Shown in pieces: positions 14,358-30,705 of a stretch of DNA of 64,000 bases. The stretch is from the human T2T-CHM13v2.0 reference genome, Homo sapiens. A program made the position numbers and the translations under genes. Location: assembly GCF_009914755.1 (NCBI RefSeq), contig NC_060926.1; one strand, given 5' to 3'. The notes below the pieces were generated by a model that saw nothing but the letters and a program-made list of their open reading frames with translations, did not search any database and had not been told where the DNA came from. Within the stretch, counting starts at the first letter, position 1. Each line of letters starts with the position of its first letter.

Positions 14358-15219
14358 CTATCAACATAAAAGGGCATTAGTAAAAACAAACTTATTTTCA
14401 AATTATAAAGAAACCATCTTATCATTTCCTTATCTATTATCAGGAAAGATATTTATTACTACCATATCCTTAAGCTTTAAACAAGGCCAGTAGTGCGATA
14501 GTAAATTGTGCTTCAGATTGAGAACTACTGACTCTTCATGGAAGAGATTGTCTGTAGGATATATTTCGTGTCAGCCTTTTGCCATTCAATAGTCATAAGG
14601 AAGGATATTATAAAAAGTAAATAAATCTTGGGGTGGGGGCTGTTAGGGGAAAGTCTAATTTCTTTCAAGCTGTAGTGTTCTTATATTCTCCATCACTTTC
14701 TAATTTTTTAATATCATATTTCATATGTAGATAGAGCCATAGATTATACAGGAAGCTGTTCAAATATCTATGTATGAAGCTATTCATGTAATAAAGAATT
14801 ACATCTTCATATCTGCTTTCTTACATTTCAAAATTCCGTCTCTCAGAAGTATATCCTGAGTCTAATTAAATTGTAAATTTAGAATCCCCAATGAATTAAG
14901 AATCTTCCCAACCAAGCTGCAGATTTTATGAGTTTTGAAATGAACATATTTTCAATTAGAGTGGATAGTATGTGTTATTTTTTCCTGCGGGCAAATAGCC
15001 AAAATATATGCATTTCTCACTATACATACATGACACATGGAGAAGAAAGCAAATTTAATGGAACTGATGCCTTTGTAATGGCTGTGCAGGTCCCATAGGA
15101 TACTCTTGTTGTGTAAGCAAATGGGTGAATGAGTGACTAGATGAGAATTTTGGGGTCACATTGCACTGCTCAATTTGGGACTGTTGATGTTTATAATTAA
15201 ATAGAGAAATATCTAAATC

Positions 15220-15480
15220 CATACACAAAACATTGAAGGGATAATAAGAAACCACTGATGATAAGGGTATGAGGAAATTAGCAAACACTCTTACACTTCT
15301 GATGGGAATTTCAACCGATACTCTTAATTGGACCAAGGGTAAAATAATATAACAAAATGGCAAAAATAAATAACAGAAATACTCTTTAACTCAAAAATAT
15401 CTCCTCCAGGAATATATTTGATAAAATGCTAACACAAGTATAAAAAGAAACTATTGCAATATTTTCTGTAAGAGCAAAAT
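15220..15480 (+). mobile_element. Very old L1ME-like 3' fragment
   Basis: aagggtatgaggaaattagcaaacactcttacacttctgatgggaat...ctccaggaatatat resembles the L1M ORF2 end. Confidence 0.5.
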
Positions 15481-15780
15481 CCCATAAGCAGCCTGTCATC
15501 TACCACAGTGCACAGTTCTAGAAAATTAAAACCTAGGTGTGTGAAGTAGTTCTTAACTAGACCTTCACATCAGTATCAACCAATGTGAAAATGCTTTAAT
15601 ACATAGACCAAATGCTTACATTAACATGCCATATGAGCATTTTAAAAGATGTCTATATTGTGCTTATTTTATGAGACCACCAAAATAGATTACTTTATAA
15701 AGAAAAAAGAAAGGTAAAGAATAGCATTTCCATTTTAATTAAACAAAATGGTGCAGATGCATTAAATATGTATATGTGTA

Positions 15781-15782
<2 letters not shown>

Positions 15783-15823
<41 letters not shown>
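15783..15823. repeat. (TA)n microsatellite, ~20 units
   Basis: Direct reading. Confidence 0.95.
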
Positions 15824-15827
<4 letters not shown>

Positions 15828-15958
15828 CTGTAAGATTACTATAGAAACAACTTCCTAGTTAACTATGTAAGTGGGAGGACAGTTTGTGGGTAGGACAAAT
15901 AATATTTTTACTGTTTGATATTTTTATCATGTGCATTCATTATTTTATAATAAGATTA

Positions 15959-17357
<1,399 letters not shown>

Positions 17358-18224
17358 ATGGGGAAAAAACAGAGCAGAAAAACTGGAAACTCTAAAAATC
17401 AGAGCGCCTCTCCTCCTCCAAAGGAACGCAGCACCTCACCAGCAACGGAACAAAGCTGGACGGAGAATGACTTTGACCAGTTGAGAGAAGAAGGCTTCAG
17501 ATGATCAAACTACTCCGAGCTAAAGGAGGAAGTTCGAACACATGGCAAAGAAGTTAAAAAACCTTGAAAAAAAAGTAGACGAATGGCTAACTAGAATAAC
17601 CAATGCAGAGAAGTCCTTAAAGGACCTGATGGAGCTGAAAACCAAGGCACGAGAACTATGTGACGAATGCATAAGCCTCAGTAGCCGATTCGATCAACTG
17701 GAAGAAAGGGTATCAGTGATGGAAGATGAAATGAATGAAATGAAGTGAGAAGAGAAGTATAGAGAAAATAGAATAAAAAGAAACGAACAAAGCCTCCAAG
17801 AAATATGGGACTATGTGAAAAGACCAAATCTACGTCTGATTGGTGTACCTGAAAGTGACGGGAAGAATGGAATCAAGTTGGAAAACACTCTGCAGGATAT
17901 TATCCAGGAGAACTTCCCCAATCTAGCAAGGTAGGCCAACATTCAAATTTAGGAAATACAGAGAATGCCAGAAGAGTCAGTTTTCTCATCGGCTTTACTG
18001 ATGCTCCAGACTATACAAACTAAGTATCCCATATCATAAAGTATTAGGACATGAGGGCAACTGATAACTTTCTCATTCCATATCCCTCACTTTTCCTCCT
18101 TGGCTTAGCACAGTGACATTCTACTGAGCACTGGTAATGGGAGTAAGGTGGTTAATAAAAATCTTTGCTTAAAGGCCATAGTTACTGGAAAGTTAAGACC
18201 AGATTCTACAGATTTGTATTTATA

Positions 18225-18375
18225 CGTTCACATTAAAATCACCTGTAGAATATTTTAAAACTAGATATTTGTTGGCCTCATGTTTTGAAGCTTGGATTCA
18301 GGATGCCTGGGTGAAGCTGGGGTATCTGTGTATTGAAGACCCATTGCTAACTCTAATATACAGTCTCAGTTTCTA
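18225..18375. mobile_element. MER5-like hAT-Charlie remnant
   Basis: cacattaaaatcacctg...ggattcaggatgcctgggtgaagctggggtatctgtgtatt. Confidence 0.5.
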
Positions 18376-19504
18376 GAGGGGGTAAAATAAAGCGTCAACA
18401 TTTTTTAGACCATATGCATAAATGTTACTCTTTAATACATCCAAAAATGACAAAAGAGTAATTTAATCTCATCTTGTTTAAACACTTAAAAACCCAGAGA
18501 GAGAAAGAGATAAATTTGAAGGGATGCTGATGTGTAGCAGCGCCAAAGGTTACAATTTTCTGTTTCTCTCTGTTTGCCACTCTTCTGATTCTGTTCTGGA
18601 GGCCACTCTGCTATGTGAGAGAAAAATCCCATTTTTCCCTAGCCATCAGTCATGCAAGATCCCCCGCCATATATTTCCGGGGAGGTAGCACCTTAAATGG
18701 TAGCAGGATCTCAGTTAACCACGTAATATTCATACCAATACTTTTAGTATAAAGACAATTCAATTTCTGTAATTTCCAAGTTGTGCCTCAGAAACAATGC
18801 AACTTTTGAAAGTTTTACATTAGCCTGCATAATAAGTGCAAAGTATTTATAATGAGATTTGCTTCTGGCTGTGAATTGGCCAATGATAGAAGATCATATA
18901 AGAGTAGAGGGAAGACAGGATGTGGAACATCTTCCAATTTGGTGAAGGTACATCACTGATAAAAAGAAAGGCAGACATTTAGTGAGGTCACCTAAGAACT
19001 CTTATTGTCATAGGAAATGGTCCCAAATGGGCAGCAGACTCCATCCTGGTAGAATTTTTGAAGGAATTCCTCACTAATATAGGGTTAGGAGCATCCTAGA
19101 TATTCCAGAATTCAGAAGTCTTTCTGCTTAGCAAGAGTGTAAAGGCAACTTCTCTGCCTTTAAGCAGATGGTTATAAATGACTAAATGTTTTTAAAAAGC
19201 AAGTGAGTCCAGGAACAAAGTAAATACTTACAGAAGAGGATAACACTTTGTAGTGCATCATATTGAGCATTACCAAAACCCCTTAGTACAACAATTTCAT
19301 TTCATTATGATATTTTTTCCTCATTTATATATAGCCCTCTAGGTCTATCTTGTGGTACGTTGTTTACTTAAGGAAAATAATATACAATAAAATGTATTTA
19401 TTGGAAGGAACTTGGTAGTAGTGCCCCAAAGACTCTTTAGTTTAGCATTTTACTATTTAATTTAAAATATATATAATTATAGTGTTATATTTTTGTGATT
19501 CTCA

Positions 19505-19685
19505 ATATAACTAATATTTTCACATATATTGTTTAAATCTCAAAAGTACCTCATGAACTAAGTATCCTTATTACTTCTGTTTTACAGATGAGTGCAGCTC
19601 AAGTAAGTTAGCTAACTTACTCAAAACCAAATAATAGCAATTGGCATAAACATCTTTTTTTCCAACACAGAACTTCTGCCTCCCA
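19505..19685 (-). mobile_element. MIR
   Basis: Core tattacttctgttttacagatgag...aagttagctaacttactcaa. Confidence 0.7.
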
Positions 19686-20747
19686 TTGGTGATAATTAAT
19701 AATAGTATTTGATTTTCTGGGATTCTATGAATAGAATGTAATTTTTATTGCTTGTAGAAGCTTTCTGGCCTTGGTACTTCATTCAATCAACGTTTAATAA
19801 TGTGACCTCCTTGAGGTATACTGTTAGAAAATAAAATTAATTAGTAGGAGCCCAATGGTGCAGATAACATAACTACTGAAACATCTGGTTCTCCCTCCCA
19901 TGTAGGACATGGGCTCTACAAAGGGATAATTTTGAACCACAGATTTTTTTTTTGTATTGGGAAAGTAATTCATATTATATTAATAGACCACTGCACAAGA
20001 TATTTAACTTTAAATGTGTCCCTTAAAAGTTAAATTGATGTTAAGATGGTTTTCTAAACTAATACACCAGATGAATCTTCAAGACTGGGGACAGCTGTCT
20101 GTTCTTTTACATCACACTTCCAACAGTGCTATCTCTAAGATGTGCTGGCAAGAAACAGGAAGTTCGTTTCAGCCAAATTTCCACATTTCAGAGTCTTGCT
20201 GATGAGAATAGGAAAAAAAGTCTCTCAACAAGTGTGGGTGGGTGATCAAACCACATGTATATAGTACATCACATACTCACACTTCCCTAATTCCAGAGAA
20301 GGACTATTTTTATGTCTACTTTTTGTGTTTTAGATAAATATCAACTCTTTCAGAAGCTAGTGCTTCAAGATGGAAACAAGTTTACTAAACAGTAAGTTAT
20401 GATTTGAAAATTCAGCAATCACATTAAAAACTTTTCTGAGCTCATCTGGTTTTTAGAACTACAGGCAAATCTGAAAAAAAAATACATATGTTTTAATTTA
20501 AGGGCTTAAGCATTTTATGCACATCAAACATATGTTTCAGAATATTTTGCAAGTTCTAAAATGTCTTAGTTCAACAATGAGCTCTAAAAATGGCAATCAT
20601 AATATACAGACAAAAATGTATCTTGCATATTTAATGTATCATTTAAATTTGATAGAATTACAAATGATTTAATTATATTGTACTTTATCATTAGCTTGTG
20701 TACTCTAAAGGAACATTAATATCTTTTCTCAGTTCAAATTTTGAAAA

Positions 20748-21129
<382 letters not shown>

Positions 21130-21271
21130 TTACCTGTTATGGTTTCCTACAATATACTCCTTATCCCTGACAAAATGTGTTTTATTTATAACATATGTTG
21201 TTTTTGCACATATTATTTGTTTGACAATGATTTATTTTTTAAATGACGGTTCAAGAAAGAAAAACACATTG

Positions 21272-21726
21272 CAGTCACAAGTCACGTAACAATAGGGATA
21301 TATTCTGAGAAATGCATGGCGGTTTTTGTCACAGTGTAAACATCATAGAGTGTACTTAAACAACTGAGATGGTATAACCTTCTATGTACCTAGACTATAT
21401 GGTAGACTCTATTTCTCCTAGGCTGCAAACCTGTACAGCATGTTACTGTACTGAATACTGTAGGCAATTGTAATACCATGGTAAGTACCGTGTATGTAAA
21501 CATATCTAAACATAGAGAAAGTAAAGTAAAATAAGGAGTATAAAATGGTATATAGAATACTTACTATAAATGGAGCTTGAAGGATTGGAAGTTGCTCTGG
21601 CTGAGGCAATGAGTGAGTGGTGAGTGAATGTGAAGACACAGGATTACCATACACTACTGTAGACTTAATATACGCTATGCACTATATTAATAGTTATATA
21701 ATATTAGGCTGCACTAAATTTATTAA
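21272..21726 (-). mobile_element. Tigger3b/MER7-type DNA transposon (one end only)
   Basis: TIR-like cagtca...gggatatattctgagaaatgc. Internal aaacctgtacagcatgttactgtactgaatactgtaggcaattgtaa. Confidence 0.85.
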
Positions 21727-21728
21727 TA

Positions 21729-23150
<1,422 letters not shown>

Positions 23151-23602
23151 ACAATTGCTATTGATAAGCCATTGTAATTTAACTTGTTCTTACAAATACA
23201 AACTTTTTTTTTCTTGTTTAGTTATTTTCTTGATGTTCCCTTTTGTTTTAATAATTTTCAGAAACCAGAGTACAATGTATTGGAATATGTTTAAAATATA
23301 CTTATTTTTCTTTATCTATCATACTCAAATCAGTTGAATTATTACTGCTTAAATTTCTTTGCAAAATGTACTTTATATTTGGCTTTTCTTCTCATTTTTT
23401 AAATCCACTATAGGTCTTCACTTGTGCTACTAATAATTAGAGCACATATTGACTGTAAGAGACTGTTTTAATTCTAGCATATATTATATATGGGCAACAC
23501 AACACTTAGACTGTAGACATCAAATCAATTTTTCACAAAATGTTAATAAAAACAGTTATTGTGCAGATAAATGTTCCAGGATGCACCAGTCAGTACCAAT
23601 GA

Positions 23603-23920
<318 letters not shown>

Positions 23921-25831
23921 TGCAGTCGTTTTTTATTCTGGAAAACAGAGACTATTATGTACATGTGTTAAACTACCTTCCATTTCACTCTACATTAATT
24001 TAGTGATCCCTTGAATACTATTATTATTTTTTCTTCCTGTTTTTCATTAGGATGGTCATTCTGAGTGAAATATAACAGGAGATCCATGAGTACTTAGCAT
24101 GAAAATTTCTACTATTGTAAAAATTTTGTAGAGGTTTTTTATTGTTGTTTTTTTTTTTTCAATTTAATATATTCTATGTCTACTTATTTCCATCCCATTA
24201 CGCCAGTCACAGGACAGTCTTTAAAATGTAATTTTGGTGCCAGCAATCTGCAGGTATAAAATGTGTATTTTTCCATCAACGTAGCTCTAGCCACAGTGAG
24301 AAGTCATAAAGAAAAATTACATTCAAAGGTAACCCAGAAATGTCAATTTAGCCAATCATCTTATATCACTTAATATGAAAGATACTAAGTAGCAAAATTG
24401 TCAAATTTAATTTTCACCTTCTGTTTCTTACCACCTTTTGGTGGAGCTGCTAATAAGCAGTGAAAAGGATAAACGGCAGGCATATGTGGACAGAAGAAGG
24501 CAAAATGAAATATTTCACAGCTGTAATTATTAGCCTGTGAATAAGTGACTGAAATGGTGGCTGAAATTGCAATCAAGAATATGTTAATGACATCTGCATA
24601 CAAGTGATCTGTGTTTGCATGAAATAATATTTTAACATTTTTTCAGTGAGCAATTTATTGACCCTGAGACTTTTTTCTCCCATATCTCATTTTACACACA
24701 CAGCACACCACTCATGGACACATACACATACATATGCACACACAAAAAAATATACATATGGACATAGGGATCAGTAAGACTCATGAGTATCCCTAATAAA
24801 ATAATGTACAAAAATATATGAGAGGACAATGATTATTCCCCATATGGGGTGAAAAATTTATGAGCATCATTCTCTTAGGTGCTAAGCTGTGACTCTTAAA
24901 AATTAATTATTTATATATTCTAGCTAGAATAATTAATAAAATATGACCTTTATAAGCCTAGAGAATGGGTTCAAGCATATTTCTCTTATAATTAAGTAAT
25001 AAGGTCATAGCTTATGAGATCTTTTCACTAGGTTCCATAAAACATTACAACAATTGCTTTGCTTCTGTGTAACAGTTGATTCTTCTGGGAGACTGATAAG
25101 AATAACAAGAGGCAGAGATCAATTAAAAATATAATCTCTACAGCTACATATGTGCTAGTATTTTAAACTCATAGGAACAGGGTTGATCCAAGAAAAAAAT
25201 AAAGGCAAAGTAGGCAGTTTTGATTTCACTGCCATTATAAGTCTCATTTTCTCCATATTTTCTATACTATAGTAGTTGTTTATCTATGTTTTATAAATTG
25301 AAAATGTATGCATGTGCACACACACATATATAAAAATAACTATTTTGACCATTATTTTGTAGACTTATTTTTAAGAAACTATATCTACCATCCACTGTTT
25401 CCTCTTTCATACTTTCTTATTATGAAGTCTCATAATTCTATGCCCATATCTATCCCCAACAATGCACTGTGTGCTTTATGAAAGCAGGGAATGTCTTATG
25501 CATCTTATCTTCAACTACTAACGTGATGTCTATTATATACCAATTAAATAGTATATGGTATTATACTAAATAAATAACTATACAAATGTATTGCATAAAA
25601 TTATAATAATAAACATATAAACACATAATAAACATATAAAACAAAATTGAGTTCAACAAATAAAAACACACTGATTTTCTGATCTTTTATATACAGTGTA
25701 ATCAGATAAACACAGTCTGGTAATCAATATATTTTATTCCAGAATCATAGCTTATGAATTGGTTTCTATAAAAATAAAGTCAGCTTTGTGCTGTTTATCC
25801 ACAATATATTCAAGTGAAACCCAATGTTATG

Positions 25832-25920
25832 TTTCTTTTTTTTTCTTTTTTCTCTTTCTTTCTTTCTTTCTCCTTCCTTCCTTCTTTCCTTCTTCTTTCT
25901 TTCTTTCCTTCTTCTGTTTT
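25832..25920. repeat. CT-rich low-complexity tract
   Basis: (TTTC/TTCC)n. Confidence 0.85.
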
Positions 25921-26222
25921 TAACTAAGAATATTTCACTTGAGATCTAGCCTCTCAACAAGTTTAAGTATAATCAAAAATTTTAAGAATAATTCCTATAA
26001 CTTAGTCATCCTTATATGAATTAACTAAAATAGTCACCTCTGTAGACACAGAAAGTAAAATAGTTGTTGCCAGGGCTTGGGGGATAGAGGAATTGGATAT
26101 TGCTGTTCATTGGGTAAAATTTTAGTTAGCAGTCTGTCTCTTATAACTCACATGCTTTCAGTGTGAGAGAGAATAGTTTCAAAATGGATGGGGAGCAGTA
26201 AAGAAGGAAGAAAATGACCTAA

Positions 26223-26223
<1 letters not shown>

Positions 26224-26270
<47 letters not shown>
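26224..26270. repeat. (CA)n(TA)n compound microsatellite
   Basis: Direct reading. Confidence 0.95.
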
Positions 26271-26271
<1 letters not shown>

Positions 26272-26817
26272 GGATTTATCCATATATAATAAGTTACATA
26301 TGGATTTATCCATATATAATAAGATACATATGGATTTATCCATATATAATAAGATACATATGGATTTATCCATATATAATAAGATACATATGGATTTATC
26401 CATATATAATAAGATACATATGGATTTATCCATATATAATAAGATACATATGGATTTATCCATATATAATAAGATACATATGGATTTATCCATATATAAT
26501 AAGATACATATGGATTTATCCATATATAATAAGATACATATGGATTTATCCATATATAATAAGATACATATGGATTTATCCATATATAATAAGATACATA
26601 TGGATTTATCCATATATAATAAGATACATATGGATTTATCCATATATAATAAGATACATATGGATTTATCCATATATAATAAGATACATATGGATTTATC
26701 CATATATAATAAGATACATATGGATTTATCCATATATAATAAGATACATATGGATTTATCCATATATAATAAGATACATATGGATTTATCCATATATAAT
26801 AAGATATATATGGATTT
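26267..26817. repeat. 30-bp minisatellite (VNTR), ~18.3 near-identical copies
   Basis: Unit catatggatttatccatatataataagata. tggatttatc recurs every 30 nt from 26271 to 26781. Variants occur only in the terminal units. Confidence 0.99.
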
Positions 26818-28390
26818 CAGTAATAACAATAAATATGAGTAGCTTAAACTAAAGACTAGGTTTGTCAGGATGGATTAAAAATCAAGATCCACCTGTGTAA
26901 TCTTCAGGAGACACTCTCTAGATTGATTCAAAGATACAAATAGAGTGAAAGTTAAAAAAAAAAGAACAAATTTAGCAAATAAATGCAATCTTTCTAAATT
27001 GAAAAACTGCAAAATCTTGTTGAAATAAATTAAATAATACCTAAATAAATGGAAGGATATCCTGTGTTCATGGATTGAAGGATTTAGTATTGTCAAAATG
27101 GCAATACTCCCCAAATTAATCTATAGATTGAATGCAATCTGTGTCAAAGGTTATTTCCCAACTTTATATGAAAATAAAGCAGACACAGAATAGCCAAAAC
27201 TGTCTTGAAAAAACCCACCTAGTGAAGGTTCACACTTTCCAATTTCAAAACTTACTGCAAATCTAAAGTATTCAAGATACTGTGGCATTGGCATAAGGAT
27301 AGAATTATATAAAACACTTAGAAGAAAATATTGGAGTAAATATTTGTGTATGGAGGTTAAGCACTGCTTTCTTAAATATGGCATCAAAAGCACAAGTAAG
27401 GTAACAAAGTAGATAAATTGTATTTTATCAAAACTAACATTAGTGTGTGCAAATGGTATCAAGAAATGGGAGCATGCAAAATAGGAGAAAGTATTTGGAA
27501 ATCATGTATCTGATAAGGCATTTGTATCTAGAATATATAGAGTACCTACAATTTCAACTACATATGCTAATCAATTAAAATGGGTCAAATAATATGAATA
27601 GATATTTCTCTAAAGCACATGAAAAAATGCCCAACTGTATTAGCCTCCACAAAAATGCAAATTAAAATGACAAGATATTATTTTACATCCACTAGGATTG
27701 CTCTAAACAAAAAGGCAGATGATAAGTGATCACTAGGATAAAGAGAAATTAGATCACTCATACACTGGTAGTGGGAATGTAAAATGTTGCATTGCTTTTG
27801 AAAAGTTTGAAAGTTCTTCTATAATTTGATCATACATCTTTCATATGTGCTAGCATTTCCTCTCCTAAGTATGTGTCTCAGAGAAATAAAAACACACAAA
27901 CACACAAAAGCTTTTTACATAAATGTTCATAGCAGAATTATTCGTAATAGGCAAAAGCATAAACCACCCAAATTTTTATCCACTGATTTACAAATAAATA
28001 AAAAAATGATACATCCACACAGTAAAATAATATTTGGCAAAAAAGAAATAAAATATTGATCCATGCTACAACATGGATTATGTTTAAAAACATGCTACTT
28101 AAAAGAAGTCTATCATAAAAGATTACATATTGTGTGATTTCATTTATATGAAATGCCCATATTAGGCAAATTTATAAAGACAGAAAGTACATTTGTGGTT
28201 TCCAGAGCTGTGGGAGTTTTGGAATTCTGAATGACTGCTAATGAGTATTGGGTTTCTTTTGAAGTAAAAAGTTTAAAATCAATTGTCGTGATAAGTGTAA
28301 CTCAGAAAAAGTATTGAAAACCATTGAATTGTGCACTTTAAATGAATGAATTATATAGTATATAAAATATAGCTCAAGGAAACTGTAAAA
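26818..28390 (+). mobile_element. Old LINE-1 (L1MB-like) with several internal deletions
   Basis: ORF2-start-like sequence at 26818-26960 jumps to late ORF2 (aaataaatggaaggatatcctgtgttcatggattg). 3' end is aaaaccattgaattgtgcactttaaatg. Confidence 0.85.
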
Positions 28391-29574
28391 TTTGTACATG
28401 AAGAGTTAAATATATAATGGTACATACAAAAAGTGAAAGCAATTATGGATGAAAAAGTACAGAATTGACCTATGGTAAGCTATGTATCCTTAGATGTCTG
28501 TCTGTTAAATTAGTACTTTGGAATAAATATGTTACTCATTCAAGACAAGCTTTGGTGGATGTACACAGTAGAGCAGTAGTATACATAGTAAGAAAAAGAA
28601 AGATCTACCAAGATGTGCGGGCAGGGGCAGTAGATCAAGGACTTTTCTTGAAAGCTTCTTAATTAAACCCATATCTTAACTCTTTTTTGTTGAACTTTTG
28701 TCCTTATTCCTCTTTGCTATTCTTCAAGGTAATCAGTGTGAAAAATAGATGGCTTTTAGAATTTGCTTTCTTAAATTTCTTTTTGAAAAACTTTACTGAC
28801 TATTGACAACTGGGAACTTCGATAAATGTAATAAAAACACAGAGCATAAAAATGTAATTTTAAAAAATGTTTAAATATTTGTGATTCATGAATCTTCAAC
28901 ATTTAAAATCTTCACTCACATTATATATGATACATTCCTGGGAGCATTGTAGATGTCATACCTATAAAATTAGTTTCCAGCAATCTTTTAGTAATTGACT
29001 ACGGATTTCGTAGTGAATTTGTCATTCAGTTTGCATTCTGGTAAATACCAGTGTGTCTCACTGATATTTACGTTTTGCTCTCTGGCAGGAAAGCTACTCT
29101 GTGGAAATTAAGCATTTATAAATCTTTTCTAGCAATAGGGTTTAATACAGTGAGCTGAAACAAATGTATTATATGGTAAACTTCAAGGACCTTGTACGTT
29201 TTGTTTAGAAATAAAATCCTTTATAAATAAAAGAATATTTAAAAGCACATGTGCACTTATCCAGGGAAAGTATCGTTCATTTTTTACTTCTAGCTTATAT
29301 TTCTGGTCTTCTATGAGTTTTTATGCTATACACACTTTTATAGTTCTTATCAACTCACCAAGATCTAACAATAAACTCCTCATTAATAATCCCTGCATCT
29401 GCATATCTAGCCCCATAAAATTCAATAAAACAATTTGCTTTTACATAAATTCATTTGTATGTTCTTTTCTTTTTCAGAATAAACCCATGCACGGTAAATG
29501 CTACTTTTATTTTCTTCCCATTTAAATCCTTTTCACAGTTTTTGTATTTCTGTTTTTTTGTTGTTTTGTCCCTG

Positions 29575-29684
29575 TTGTTCTTTCTCTTTCATTTCCTTCC
29601 TTCCTTTGTTCCCTCCTTCCTTCCTTCTTTCTTTTTTTCCTTCCTTCTCTTTTTCCTTTCTTTCTTCCTTTCCCCTTTTCTTTC
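29575..29684. repeat. CT-rich tract (target of the L1PA insertion; resumes at 30665-30705)
   Basis: (TTCC/TTTC)n on both sides of the L1. Confidence 0.85.
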
Positions 29685-30664
29685 TTTTTTTATTTTTTAT
29701 TTTATTATTATTATATTTTGTGTTTTAGGGTACATGTGCACAACGTGCAGGTTTGTTACATATGTATACATGTGCCATGTTGGTGTGCTGCACCCATTAA
29801 CTCGTCATTTAGCATTAGGTATATCTCCTAATGCTATCCCTCCCCTCTCCCCCAACCCCACAACAGGCCCCGGTGTGTAATGTTCCCCTTCCTGTGTCCA
29901 TGTGTTCTCATTGTTCAATTCCCACCTATGAGTGAGAACATGCGGTGTTTGCTTTTTTGTCCTTGCGATAGTTTGCTGAGAATGATGGTTTCCAGCTTCA
30001 TCCATGTCCTACAAAGGACATGAACTCATCATTTTTTATGGCTGCATAGTATTCCGTGTTGTATATGTGCCACATTTTCTTAATCCAGTCTATCATTGTT
30101 GGACATTTGGGTTGGTTCCAAGTCTTTGCTTTTGTGAATAGTGCCGCAATAAACATATGTGTGCATGTGTCTTTATAGCAGCATGATTTATAATCCTTTG
30201 GGTATATACCCAGTAATGGGATGCTGAGTCAAATGGTATTTCCAGTTCTAGATCTCTGAGGAATCGCCACACTGACTTCCACAATGGTTGAACTAGTTTA
30301 CATCAGAGTGAACAGGCAACCTACAGAATGGGAGAACATTTTTGCAGTCCACTCATCTGACAAAAGGCTAATATCCAGAATCTACAATGAACTCAAACAA
30401 ATTTACAAGAAAAAAACAACCCCATCAAAAAGTGGGCAAGGGATATGAACAGACATTTCTCAAAAGAAGACATTTATGCAGCCAAAAAACACATGAAAAA
30501 ATGCTCATCATCACTGACCATCAGAGAAATGCAAATCAAAACCACAATGAGATACCATCTCACACCAGTTAGAATGGCGATCATTAAAAAGTCAGGAAAC
30601 AACAGGTGCTGGAGAGGATGTGGAGAAATAGGAACACTTTTGCACTGTTGGTGGGACTGTAAAC
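29685..30664 (-). mobile_element. Young L1PA (PA3-like), 5'-truncated, with 5' inversion (inverted segment 30301-30664 reads as L1 sense on +)
   Basis: 29685-30302 is the L1 3' end on minus. 30301-30664 is the immediately upstream ORF2 piece on plus ([24 protein letters not shown]). TSD-like ctttcccc(c)tttt on both flanks. Confidence 0.95.
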
Positions 30665-30705
30665 CTTTCCCCCTTTTTTTCTTCCTTCCCTCCTTTCTTC
30701 CTTCC

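Noticed and set aside
17358-17972. L1 ORF1 as a functional CDS
   Set aside because: Stop at 17502, further stops and a frameshift, and truncation.
26267-26817. Palindromic 30-bp repeats superficially like a CRISPR array
   Set aside because: Units are contiguous with no unique spacers, there are no cas genes, and the context is primate DNA. It is a VNTR.
26179-26842. 216-aa and 190-aa ORFs on opposite strands with 10-aa periodicity
   Set aside because: Automatic consequence of a stop-free 30-bp unit. There are no synonymous variants or gene signals.
29455-29880. 141-aa Phe/Leu/Ser-rich, membrane-like ORF
   Set aside because: Translation of a CT low-complexity tract plus the antisense L1 tail.
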